64,000 nt of DNA, taken from Eledone cirrhosa. Its lineage: Eukaryota. The stretch lies in contig OZ024741.1 of the NCBI GenBank assembly GCA_964016885.1, forward strand, positions 262,508,001 to 262,572,000, read 5' to 3'. A program made the position numbers and the translations under genes. Below, piece by piece: positions 1 through 11,918 of the stretch; the first letter of the stretch is position 1, and the number at the start of each line of letters is the position of its first letter. The notes beneath the pieces are model-generated. The model did no database searches, was not told the DNA's origin, and saw nothing but the letters and a program-made list of their open reading frames with translations.

Positions 1-1133
1 GTTTTGACTTACGGGTGTTTCGGCTTACCAGTGTTTCGACTTACGAGTCTTTCGGCTTACGAGTGTTTCGACTTACTAATGTTTTTACTTACGAGTGTTT
101 CGGCGTACGAGTGTTTCGACTTACGAGTGTTTCGACTTACGGGTGTTTTGACTTACGGGTGTTTCGGCTTACGAGTGTTTCGACTTACGAGTGTTTTGAC
201 TTAAGGGTGTTTCGACTTACGAGTATTTTTGGCTTACGAGTGTTTCGACTTACGAGTGTTTTGACTTACGAGTGATCTGATTTACAGATGTTTCGACATA
301 CGAGTGTTTCGACTTACGAGTGTTTCGACTTATGAGTATTTCGACTTACGAGTGTTTCGACTTACGAGTGTTTCGACTTACGAGTGTTCCGACTTACGAG
401 TGTTTCGGCTTACGAGTGTTTCCGGCTTACGAGTGTTTCGACTTACGAGTGTTTTGACTTACGGTGTTTCGGCTTACGAGTGATTCGACTTACGAATGTT
501 TTGACTTACGGGTGTTTCGGCTTGCGAGTGTTTCGACTTACGAGTGTTTCGGCTTGCGAGTGTTTCGACTTACTAATGTTTTTACTTACGAGTGTTTCGG
601 CGTACGAGTGTTTCGACTTACGAGTGTTTCGACTTACGGGTGCTTTGACTTACGGGTGTTTCGGCTTACGAGTGTTTCGACTTACGAGTGTTTTGACTTA
701 AGGGTGTTGCGACTTACGAGTGTTTCGACTTACGTGTGTTTCGACTTACGAGTGTTTCGGCTTACGAATGTTTTGACTTAAGGATGTTTCGACTTACGAG
801 TGTTTCGATACGAGTGTTCTGACTTACGAGTGTTCTGACTTACGAGTGTTTTGACTTACGAGTGTTCTGACTTACGAGTGTTCCGACTTACGTGTGTTCC
901 GACTTACGAGTGTTCTGACTTACGAGCGTTCTGATTTACGAGTGTTCCGACTTACGAGTGTTTCGGCTTACGAGTGTTTCGGCTTACGAGTGTTTCGACA
1001 TACGAGTGTTTCGACTTACGAGTGTTCCGACTAACGAGTGTTCCGACTTACGAGTGTTTCGGCTTACGAGTGTTTCGGCTTACGAGTGTTTCGACTTACG
1101 AATGTTTCGGCTTACGAGTGTTTCGACTTACGA

Positions 1134-1210
1134 AAATAACAAATAGACCCGGTTTCAAATCTCTATGCTTTTCAAATTCATTACATTAATCTTTATTTAT
1201 ACGTTTCGCT
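1134..1210 (+). repeat. AT-rich interspersed element, copy 1 (GACCCGG variant)
   Basis: AAATAACAAATAGACCCGGTTTCAAATCTCTATG...TATTTATACGTTTCGCT interrupts the array after TTACGA. Confidence 0.95.
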
Positions 1211-2585
1211 TTACGTGTGTTTCGGCTTACGAGTGTTTCGACTTCCGAGTGTTTTTACTTACGGTGTTTCGGCTTACTAGTGTTTCGACATACGAGTGTT
1301 TTGACTTACGGGTGTTTCGACTTACGAGTGTTTTTACTTACGAATGTTTTGACTTACGGGTGTTTCGGCTTACCAGTGTTTCGACTTACGAGTGTTTCGG
1401 CTTACGAGTGTTTCGACTTACTAAGGTTTTACTTACGAGTGTTTCGGCGTACGAGAGTTTTGACTTACGAGTGTTTCGACTTACGAGTGTTTCGACTTAC
1501 GAGTGTTTTGACTTACGAATGTTTTGACTTACGGGTGTTTCGGCTTACGGGTGTTTTGACTTACGGGTGTTTCGGCTTACGAGTGTTTCGACTTACGAGT
1601 GTTTTGACTTACGAGTGTTCTGATTTACGGATGTTTCGACATACGAGTGTTTAGACTTACGAGTGTTTCGACTTACGAGTGTTTCGGCTTACGAGTGTTT
1701 CGACTTACGAGTGTTTTGACTTACGGTGTTTCGGCTTACGAGTGTTTCGACTTACGAGTGTTTTAACTTACGGGTGTTTTGACATACGAGTGTTTCGACT
1801 AACTAATGTTTTTACTTACGAGTGTTTCGGCGTACGAGAGTTTGGACTTACGAGTGTTTCGACTTACGAGTGTTTCGACTTACGAGCGTTTTGACTTACG
1901 AATGTTTTGACTTACGGGTGTTTCGGCTTACCAGTGTTTCGACTTACGAGTCTTTCGGCTTACGAGTGTTTCGACTTACTAATGTTTTTACTTACGAGTG
2001 TTTCGGCGTACGAGTGTTTCGACTTACGAGTGTTTCGACTTACGTGTGTTTTGACTTACGGGTGTTTCGGCTTAGGAGTGTTTCGACTTACGAGTGTTTC
2101 GACTTACGAGTGTTTCGGCTTACGAGTGTTTTGACTTAAGGATGTTTCGACTTACGAGTGTTTCGATACGAGTGTTTCGACTTACGAGTGTTCTGACTTA
2201 CGAGTGTTCTGATTTACGGATGTTTCGACATACGAGTGTTTCGACTTACGAGTGTTTCGACTTACGAGTGTTTTGACTTACGGGTGTTTTGACATACGAG
2301 TGTTTCGATACGAGTGTTTCGACTTACGAATGTTCTGACTTACGAGTGCTCTGACTTACGAGTGTTCTGACTTACGAGTGTTCTCACTTACGAGCGTTCT
2401 GATTTACGAGTGTTTCGGCTTACGAGTGTTTCGGCTTACGAGTGTTTCGACATACGAGTGTTTCGACTTACGAGTGTTCCGACTAACGAGTGTTCCGACT
2501 TACGAGTGTTTCGGCTTACGAGTGTTTCGGCTTACGAGTGTTTCGACTTACGAGTGTTTCGGCTTACGAGTGTTTCGACTTACGA

Positions 2586-2662
2586 AAATAACAAATAGAC
2601 GCGGTTTCAAATCTCTATGCTTTTCAAATTCATTACATTAATCTTTATTTATACGTTTCGCT
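2586..2662 (+). repeat. AT-rich interspersed element, copy 2 (consensus)
   Basis: Same element; internal ATG at 2617. Confidence 0.95.
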
Positions 2663-5600
2663 TTACGAGTGTTTCGGCGTACGAGTGTTTCGACTTACGA
2701 ATGTTTTTGCTTACGAGTGTTTCGACTTACGAATGTTTTTGCTTACGAATGTTTTTGCTTACGAGTGTTCTGACTTACGAGTGTTCCGACTTACGAGTGT
2801 TTCGACTACGAGTGTTTCGACTTACGAATGTTTTTGCTTACGAGTGTTTCGACTTACGAATGTTTTTGCTTACGAATGTTTTTGCTTACGAGTGTTCTGA
2901 CTTACGAGTGTTTCGACTTACGAGTGTTCCGACTTACGAGTGTTTTGGTTTACGTGTGTTTCGACTTACGAATGTTTCGGCTTACGAGTGTTTCGACTTA
3001 CGAGTGTTCCGACCTACGAGTGTTTCGGCTACGGATGTTCCGACTTACGAGTATTTTCGGCTTACGAGTGTTTTGACTTACGATTGTTTTGACTTACGAT
3101 TGTTTCGGCTTACGAGTGTTTCGACATACGAGTGTTTCGATTTACGAGTGTTTTGACTTAAGAATATTTTGACTTACGGGTGTTTCGGCTTACGAGTGTT
3201 TCGACTTACGAGTGTTTTGACTTACGGGTGTTTCGACTTACGAGTGTTTTGGTTTACGTGTGTCTCGACTTACGAATGTTTCGGCTTACGAGTGTTTCGA
3301 CTTACTAGTGTTTCGACTTACGGTTGTTCTGACTTACTGGTATTCCGACTTACGAGTGATTTGGCATACGAGTGTTTCGACTTACGAGTGTTTTCGGCTT
3401 ACGAGTGTTTCGACTTACGAGTGTTTTGACTTACGATTGTTTCGGCTTACGAGTGTTTCGACTTACGAGTGTTTCGGCTTACGAGTGTTTCGGCTTATGA
3501 GTGTTTTGACTTAAAGGTGTTTCGACGAGTGTTTCGATACGAGTGTTTCGACTTACGGGTGTTCTGACTTACGAGTGTTCTGATTTACGGATGTTTCGAA
3601 TTATGAGTGTTTCGACTACGAGTGTTTCGACTTACGAGTGTTTCGACTACGAGTGTTTTGACTTACGAGTGTTCTGACTTACGAGTGTTCTGACTTACGT
3701 GTGTTCTGACTTACGAGTGTTCCGACTTACGAGTGTTTCGGCTTATGAGTGTTTCGGCTTACGAGCGTTTCGACTAGGAGTGTTTCGACTTACGAATGTT
3801 TTTGCTAACGAGTGTTTCGACTTACAAGTGTTTCGACTTACGAGCGTTTTGACTTACGGTGTTTCGGCTTACGAGTGTTTCGACATACGAGTGTTTTGAC
3901 TTACCGGTGTTTCGACTTACGGGTGTTTCGACTTACGAGAGTTTCGACTTACGAGTGCTCTGACTTACGAGTGTTCTGACTTACGAGTGTTCCGACTTGC
4001 GGGTGTTCTGACTTACGAGTGTTCCGACTTACGAGTGTTTCGACTTATGAGTGTTTCGGCTTACGAGCGTTTCGACTACGAGTGTTTCGACTTACGAATG
4101 TTTTTGCTTACGAGTGTTTCGACTTACGAATGTTTTTGCTTACGAATGTTTTTGCTTACGAGTATTCTGACTTACGAGTGTTTTGACTTACGAGTGTTCC
4201 GACTTACGAGTGTTTTGGTTTACGTGTGTTTCGACTTACGAATGTTTCGGCTTACGAGTGTTTCGACTTACGAGTGTTCCGACCTACGAGTGTTTCGGCT
4301 ACGGATGTTCCGACTTACGAGTATTTTCGGCTTACGAGTGTTTCGACTTACGAGTGTTTTGACTTGCGGGTGTTTCGACTTACGAGTGTTTTGGTTTACG
4401 TGTGTTTCGACTTACGAATGTTTCGGCTTACGAGTGTTTCGATTTACGAGTGTTTCGACTTACGGTTGTTCTGACTTACGGGTATTCCGACTTACGAGTG
4501 ATTTGGCATACGAGTGTTTCGACTTACGAGTGTTTTCGGCTTACGAGTGTTTCGACTTACGAGTGTTTTGACTTACGATTGTTTCGGCTTACGAGTGTTT
4601 CGACTTACGAGTGTTTCGGCAAACGAGTGTTTCGTCTTATGAGTGTTTTGACTTAAGGGTGTTTCGACGAGTGTTTCCTTACGAGTGTTTCGACTTACGG
4701 GTGTTTTGACATACGAGTGTTTCGACTAACTAATGTTTTTACTTACGAGTGTTTCGGCGTACGAATGTTTTGACTTACGGGTGTTTCGGCTTACCAGTGT
4801 TTCGACTTACGAGTCTTTCGGCTTACGAGTGTTTCGACTTACTAATGTTTTTACTTACGAGTGTTTCGGCGTACGAGTGTTTCGACTTACGAGTGTTTCG
4901 ACTTACGGGTGTTTTGACTTACGGGTGTTTCGGCTTACGAGTGTTTCGACTTACGAGTGTTTTGACTTAAGGGTGTTTCGACTTACGAGTATTTTTGGCT
5001 TACGAGTGTTTCGACTTACGAGTGTTTTGACTTACGAGTGATCTGATTTACAGATGTTTCGACATACGAGTGTTTCGACTTACGAGTGTTTCGACTTATG
5101 AGTATTTCGACTTACGAGTGTTTCGACTTACGAGTGTTTCGACTTACGAGTGTTCCGACTTACGAGTGTTTCGGCTTACGAGTGTTTCCGGCTTACGAGT
5201 GTTTCGACTTACGAGTGTTTTGACTTACGGTGTTTCGGCTTACGAGTGATTCGACTTACGAATGTTTTGACTTACGGGTGTTTCGGCTTGCGAGTGTTTC
5301 GACTTACGAGTGTTTCGGCTTGCGAGTGTTTCGACTTACTAATGTTTTTACTTACGAGTGTTTCGGCGTACGAGTGTTTCGACTTACGAGTGTTTCGACT
5401 TACGGGTGCTTTGACTTACGGGTGTTTCGGCTTACGAGTGTTTCGACTTACGAGTGTTTTGACTTAAGGGTGTTGCGACTTACGAGTGTTTCGACTTACG
5501 TGTGTTTCGACTTACGAGTGTTTCGGCTTACGAATGTTTTGACTTAAGGATGTTTCGACTTACGAGTGTTTCGATACGAGTGTTCTGACTTACGAGTGTT

Positions 5601-5899
5601 CTGACTTACGAGTGTTTTGACTTACGAGTGTTCTGACTTACGAGTGTTCCGACTTACGTGTGTTCCGACTTACGAGTGTTCTGACTTACGAGCGTTCTGA
5701 TTTACGAGTGTTCCGACTTACGAGTGTTTCGGCTTACGAGTGTTTCGGCTTACGAGTGTTTCGACATACGAGTGTTTCGACTTACGAGTGTTCCGACTAA
5801 CGAGTGTTCCGACTTACGAGTGTTTCGGCTTACGAGTGTTTCGGCTTACGAGTGTTTCGACTTACGAATGTTTCGGCTTACGAGTGTTTCGACTTACGA

Positions 5900-5976
5900 A
5901 AATAACAAATAGACACGGTTTCAAATCTCTATGCTTTTCAAATTCATTACATTAATCTTTATTTATACGTTTCGCT
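5900..5976 (+). repeat. AT-rich interspersed element, copy 3 (GACACGG variant)
   Basis: Same element; internal ATG at 5931; 4766 bp from copy 1. Confidence 0.95.
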
Positions 5977-7351
5977 TTACGTGTGTTTCGGCTTACGAGT
6001 GTTTCGACTTCCGAGTGTTTTTACTTACGGTGTTTCGGCTTACTAGTGTTTCGACATACGAGTGTTTTGACTTACGGGTGTTTCGACTTACGAGTGTTTT
6101 TACTTACGAATGTTTTGACTTACGGGTGTTTCGGCTTACCAGTGTTTCGACTTACGAGTGTTTCGGCTTACGAGTGTTTCGACTTACTAAGGTTTTACTT
6201 ACGAGTGTTTCGGCGTACGAGAGTTTTGACTTACGAGTGTTTCGACTTACGAGTGTTTCGACTTACGAGTGTTTTGACTTACGAATGTTTTGACTTACGG
6301 GTGTTTCGGCTTACGGGTGTTTTGACTTACGGGTGTTTCGGCTTACGAGTGTTTCGACTTACGAGTGTTTTGACTTACGAGTGTTCTGATTTACGGATGT
6401 TTCGACATACGAGTGTTTAGACTTACGAGTGTTTCGACTTACGAGTGTTTCGGCTTACGAGTGTTTCGACTTACGAGTGTTTTGACTTACGGTGTTTCGG
6501 CTTACGAGTGTTTCGACTTACGAGTGTTTTAACTTACGGGTGTTTTGACATACGAGTGTTTCGACTAACTAATGTTTTTACTTACGAGTGTTTCGGCGTA
6601 CGAGAGTTTGGACTTACGAGTGTTTCGACTTACGAGTGTTTCGACTTACGAGCGTTTTGACTTACGAATGTTTTGACTTACGGGTGTTTCGGCTTACCAG
6701 TGTTTCGACTTACGAGTCTTTCGGCTTACGAGTGTTTCGACTTACTAATGTTTTTACTTACGAGTGTTTCGGCGTACGAGTGTTTCGACTTACGAGTGTT
6801 TCGACTTACGTGTGTTTTGACTTACGGGTGTTTCGGCTTAGGAGTGTTTCGACTTACGAGTGTTTCGACTTACGAGTGTTTCGGCTTACGAGTGTTTTGA
6901 CTTAAGGATGTTTCGACTTACGAGTGTTTCGATACGAGTGTTTCGACTTACGAGTGTTCTGACTTACGAGTGTTCTGATTTACGGATGTTTCGACATACG
7001 AGTGTTTCGACTTACGAGTGTTTCGACTTACGAGTGTTTTGACTTACGGGTGTTTTGACATACGAGTGTTTCGATACGAGTGTTTCGACTTACGAATGTT
7101 CTGACTTACGAGTGCTCTGACTTACGAGTGTTCTGACTTACGAGTGTTCTCACTTACGAGCGTTCTGATTTACGAGTGTTTCGGCTTACGAGTGTTTCGG
7201 CTTACGAGTGTTTCGACATACGAGTGTTTCAACTTACGAGTGTTCCGACTAACGAGTGTTCCGACTTACGAGTGTTTCGGCTTACGAGTGTTTCGGCTTA
7301 CGAGTGTTTCGACTTACGAGTGTTTCGGCTTACGAGTGTTTCGACTTACGA

Positions 7352-7428
7352 AAATAACAAATAGACGCGGTTTCAAATCTCTATGCTTTTCAAATTCATT
7401 ACATTAATCTTTATTTATACGTTTCGCT
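7352..7428 (+). repeat. AT-rich interspersed element, copy 4
   Basis: Same element; internal ATG at 7383; 4766 bp from copy 2. Confidence 0.95.
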
Positions 7429-8873
7429 TTACGAGTGTTTCGGCGTACGAGTGTTTCGACTTACGAGTGATTTAACTTACGTGTGTTTCGGCTTACGAGT
7501 GTTTCGACTTACGAGTGTTTTTACTTACGGTGTTTCGGCTTACGAGTGTTTCGACATACGAGTGTTTTGACTTACGGGTGTTTCGACTTACGAGTGTTTT
7601 GACTTACGATTGTTTTGACTTACGGGTGTTTCGGCTTACCAGTGTTTCGACTTACGAGTGTTTCGGCTTACGAGTGTTTCGACTTACTAAGGTTTTCACT
7701 TACGAATGTTTTGACTTACGGGTGTTTCGGCTTACGGGTGTTTTGACTTACGGGTGTTTCGGCTTACGAGTGTTTCGACTTACGAGTGTTTTGACTTACG
7801 AGTGTTCTGATTTACGGATGTTTCGACATACGAGTGTTTCGACTTATGAGTGTTTCGACTTACGAGTGTTTCGACTTACGAGTGTTTCGGCTTACGAGTG
7901 TTTCGACTTACGAGTGTTCTGACTTACGGTGTTTCGGCTTACGAGTGTTTCGACTTACGAGTGTTTTAACTTACGGGTGTTTTGACATACGAGTGTTTCG
8001 ACTAACTAATGTTTTTACTTACGAGTGTTTCGGCGTACGAGAGTTTTGACTTACGAGTGTTTCGACTTACGAGTGTTTCGACTTACGAGCGTTTTGACTT
8101 ACGAATGTTTTGACTTACGGGTGTTTCGGCTTACCAGTGTTTCGACTTACGAGTCTTTCGGTTTACGAGTGTTTCGACTTACTAATGTTTTTACTTACGA
8201 GTGTTTCGGCGTACGAGTGTTTCGACTTACGAATGTTTCGACTTACGGGTGTTTTGACTTACGGGTGTTTCGGCTTACGAGTGTTTAGACTTACGAGTGT
8301 TTTTACTTAAGGGTGTTTCGACTTACGAGTATTTTTGGCTTACGAGTGTTTCGACTTACGAGTGTTTTGACTTACGAGTGATCTGATTTACGGATGTTTC
8401 GACATACGAGTGTTTCGACTTACGAGTGTTTCGACTTACGAGTGTTCCGACTTACGAGTGTTTCGGCTTACGAGTGTTTCGGCTTAAGAGTGTTTCGACA
8501 TACGAGTGTTCCGACTAACGAGTGTTCCGACTTACGAGTGTTTCGGCTTACGAGTGTTTCGGCTTACGAGTGTTTCGACTTACGAGTGTTTCGGCTTACG
8601 AGTGTTTCGACTTACGAGTGATCTGATTTACGGATGTTTCGACATACGAGTGTTTCGACTTACGAGTGTTTCGACTTACGAGTGTTCCGAGTTACGAGTG
8701 TTTCGGCTTACGAGTGTTTCGGCTTAAGAGTGTTTCGACATACGAGTGTTTCGACTTACGAGTGTTCCGACTAACGAGTGTTCCGACTTACGAGTGTTTC
8801 GGCTTACGAGTGTTTCGGCTTACGAGTGTTTCGACTTACGAGTGTTTCGGCTTACGAGTGTTTCGACTTACTA

Positions 8874-8950
8874 AAATAACAAATAGACGCGGTTTCAAAT
8901 CTCTATGCTTTTCAAATTCATTACATTAATCTTTATTTATACGTTTCGCT
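8874..8950 (+). repeat. AT-rich interspersed element, copy 5
   Basis: Same element; preceded by TTACTA instead of TTACGA; ATG at 8905. Confidence 0.95.
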
Positions 8951-11841
8951 TTACGAGTGTTTCGGCGTACGAGTGTTTCGACTTACGAGTGTTTTTACTT
9001 ACGGTGTTTCGGCTTACGAGTGTTTCGTCTTATGAGTGTTTTGACTTAAGGGTGTTTCGACGAGTGTTTCGATACGAGTGTTTCGAATTACGGGTGTTCT
9101 GACTTACGAGTGTTCTGATTTACGGATGTTTCGAATTATGAGTGTTTCGACTACGAGTGATTCGACTTACGAGTGTTTCGACTACGAGTGTTTCGACTTA
9201 CGAGTGTTCTGACTTACGAGTGTTCTGACTTACGGGTGTTCTGACTTACGAGTGTTTCGACTTACGAGTGTTTCGGCTTACGAGTGTTTCGGCTTATGAG
9301 TGTTTTGACTTAAGGGTGTTTCGACAAGTGTTTCGATACGAGTGTTACGAGTGTTCTGACTTACGGGTGTTCTGACTTACGAGTGTTCCGACTTACGAGT
9401 GTTTCGGCTTATGAGTGTTTCGGCTTACGAGCGTTTCGACTACGAGTGTTTCGACTTACGAATGTTTTTGCTTACGAGTGTTTCGACTTACGAATGTTTT
9501 TGCTTACGAATGTTGTTGCTTACGAGTGTTCTGACTTACGAGTGTTTTGACTTACGAGTGTTCCGACTTACGAGTGTTCCGGCTTACGAGTGTGTCGGCT
9601 TACGAGTGTTTCGACTTACGAGTGTTCTGACTTACGAGTGTTCCGGCTTACGAGTGTTTCGGCTTACGAGTGTTTCGACTTACGAGTGTTCCGACCTACG
9701 AGTGTTTCGGCTACGGATGTTCCGACTTACGAGTATTTTCGGCTTACGAGTGTTTTGACTTACGATTGTTTTGACTTACGATTGTTTCGGCTTACGAGTG
9801 TTTCGACTTACGAGTGTTTCGATTTACGAGTGTTTTGACTTAAGAATATTTGGACTTACGGGTGTTTCGGCTTACGAGTGTTTCGACTTACGAGTGTTTT
9901 GACTTACGGGTGTTTCGACTTACGAGTGTTTTGGTTTACGTGTGTTCTGACTTACGAATGTTTCGGCTTACGAGTGTTTCGACTTACGGTTGTTCTGACT
10001 TACGGGTATTCCGACTTACGAGTGATTTGGCATACGAGTGTTTCGACTTACGAGTGTTTTCGGCTTACGAGTGTTTCGACTTACGAGTGTTTTGACTTAC
10101 GATTGTTTCGGCTTACGAGTGTTTCGACTTACGAGTGTTTCGGCTTACGAGTGTTTCGGCTTATGAGTGTTTTGACTTAAGGGTGTTTCGACGAGTGTTT
10201 CGATACGAGTGATTCGACTTACGGGTGTTCTGACTTACGAGTGTTCTGATTTACGGATGTTTCGAATTATGAGTGTTTCGACTACGAGTGTTTCGACTTA
10301 CGAGTGTTTCGACTACGAGTGTTTTGACTTACGAGTGTTCTGACTTACGAGTGTTCTGACTTACGGGTGTTCTGACTTACGAGTGTTCCGACTTACGAGT
10401 GTTTCGGCTTATGAGTGTTTCGGCTTACGAGCGGTTCGACTAGGAGTGTTTCGACTTACGAATGTTTTTGCTAACGAGTGTTTCGACTTACGAGTGTTTC
10501 GACTTACAAGTGTTTCGACTTACGTGTGTTTTGACTTACGGTGTTTCGGCTTACGAGTGTTTCGACATACGAGTGTTTTTGACTTACCGGTGTTTCGACT
10601 TACGGGTGTTTCGACTTACGAGAGTTTCGACTTACGAGTGTTCTGACTTACGAGTGTTCTGACTTACGAGTGTTCCGACTTGCTAGTGTTTCGGCCTACG
10701 AGTGTTTCGACATGCGAGTTTTTTGACTTACGGATGTTTCGTCTTACGGGTGTTTCGACTCACGAGTGTTTCTACTTACGAGTGTTTCGACTTACGAGTG
10801 TTCCGACTTACGAGTGTTTTGACTTACGAGTGTTCCGACTTACGAGTGTTTCGGCTTACGAGTGTTTCGGCTCACGGGTGTTCCGACTTACGAGTGTTCC
10901 GACTTACGAGTGTTTCGGCTACGGATGTTCCGACTTACGAGTATTTTCGGCTTACGAGTGTTTTGACTTACGATTGTTTTGACTTACGGGTATTTCGGCT
11001 TACGAGTGTTTCGACTTACGAATGTTTCGGCTTACGAGTGTTTCGACTTACGAGTGTTTTGACTTACGGGTGTTTCGACTTACGAGTGTTTTGGTTTACG
11101 TGTATTTCGACTTACGAATGTTTCGGCTTACGAGTGTTTCGACTTACGAGTGTTTAAACTTACGAGTGTTTTGACTTACGGGTGTTTCGACTTACGAGTG
11201 TTTTGGTTTACGTGTGTTTCGACTTACGAATGTTTCGACTTACGAGTGTTTTGACTTACGATTGTTTCGGATTACGAGTGTTTCGACTTACGAGTGTTTC
11301 GGCTTACGAGTGTTTCGGCTTACGAGTGTTTTGACTTAAGGGTGTTTCGACGAGTGTTTCGATACGAGTGTTTCGACTTACGGGTGTTCTGACTTACGAG
11401 TGTTCTGATTTACGGATGTTTCGACTTATGAGTGTTTCGACTACGAGTGTTTCGACTTACGAGTGTTTCGACTACGAGTGTTTCGACTGAAGAGTGTTCT
11501 GACTTACAAGTGTTCTGACTTACGAGTGTTCCGACTTACGAGTGTTTCGGCTTACGAGTGTTTCGGCTTACGTGTGTTTCGGCTTACGAGTGTTTCGACT
11601 TACGAGTGTTCCGACTTACGAGTGTTTCGACTTACGAGTGTTTTGGCTTACGGTGTTTCGGCTTACGAATGTTTTGACTTACGAGTGTTTTGACTTACGG
11701 GTGTTTTGACATACGAGTGTTTCGATACGAGTGTTCTGACTTACGAGTGTTCTGACTTACGAGTGTTCTGACTTACGAGTGTTCCGACTTACGAGTGTTT
11801 CGGCTCAAGAGTGTTTCGGCTTACGAGTGTTTCGACTACGA

Positions 11842-11918
11842 AAATAACAAATAGACGCGGTTTCAAATCTCTATGCTTTTAAAGTTCATTACATTAATCT
11901 TTATTTATACGTTTCGCT
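11842..11918 (+). repeat. AT-rich interspersed element, copy 6 (TTTTAAAGTTC variant)
   Basis: Same element with two substitutions; ATG at 11873. Confidence 0.95.

Larger units (their letters stand above)
1..7466 (+). repeat. Higher-order direct duplication, offset 4766 bp (1-2700 matches 4767-7466)
   Basis: Matching variant patterns and ORF pairs 384/5150, 958/5724, 1165/5931, 1822/6588, 2378/7144; the match ends at 2700/7466. Confidence 0.9.

Noticed and set aside
1134-1210. Spacer as an independently inserting mobile element (MITE/SINE) or a tRNA/snRNA gene
   Set aside because: It has no convincing TIRs, target-site duplication, A/B boxes or cloverleaf. Identical junctions in all copies indicate co-amplification with the array.
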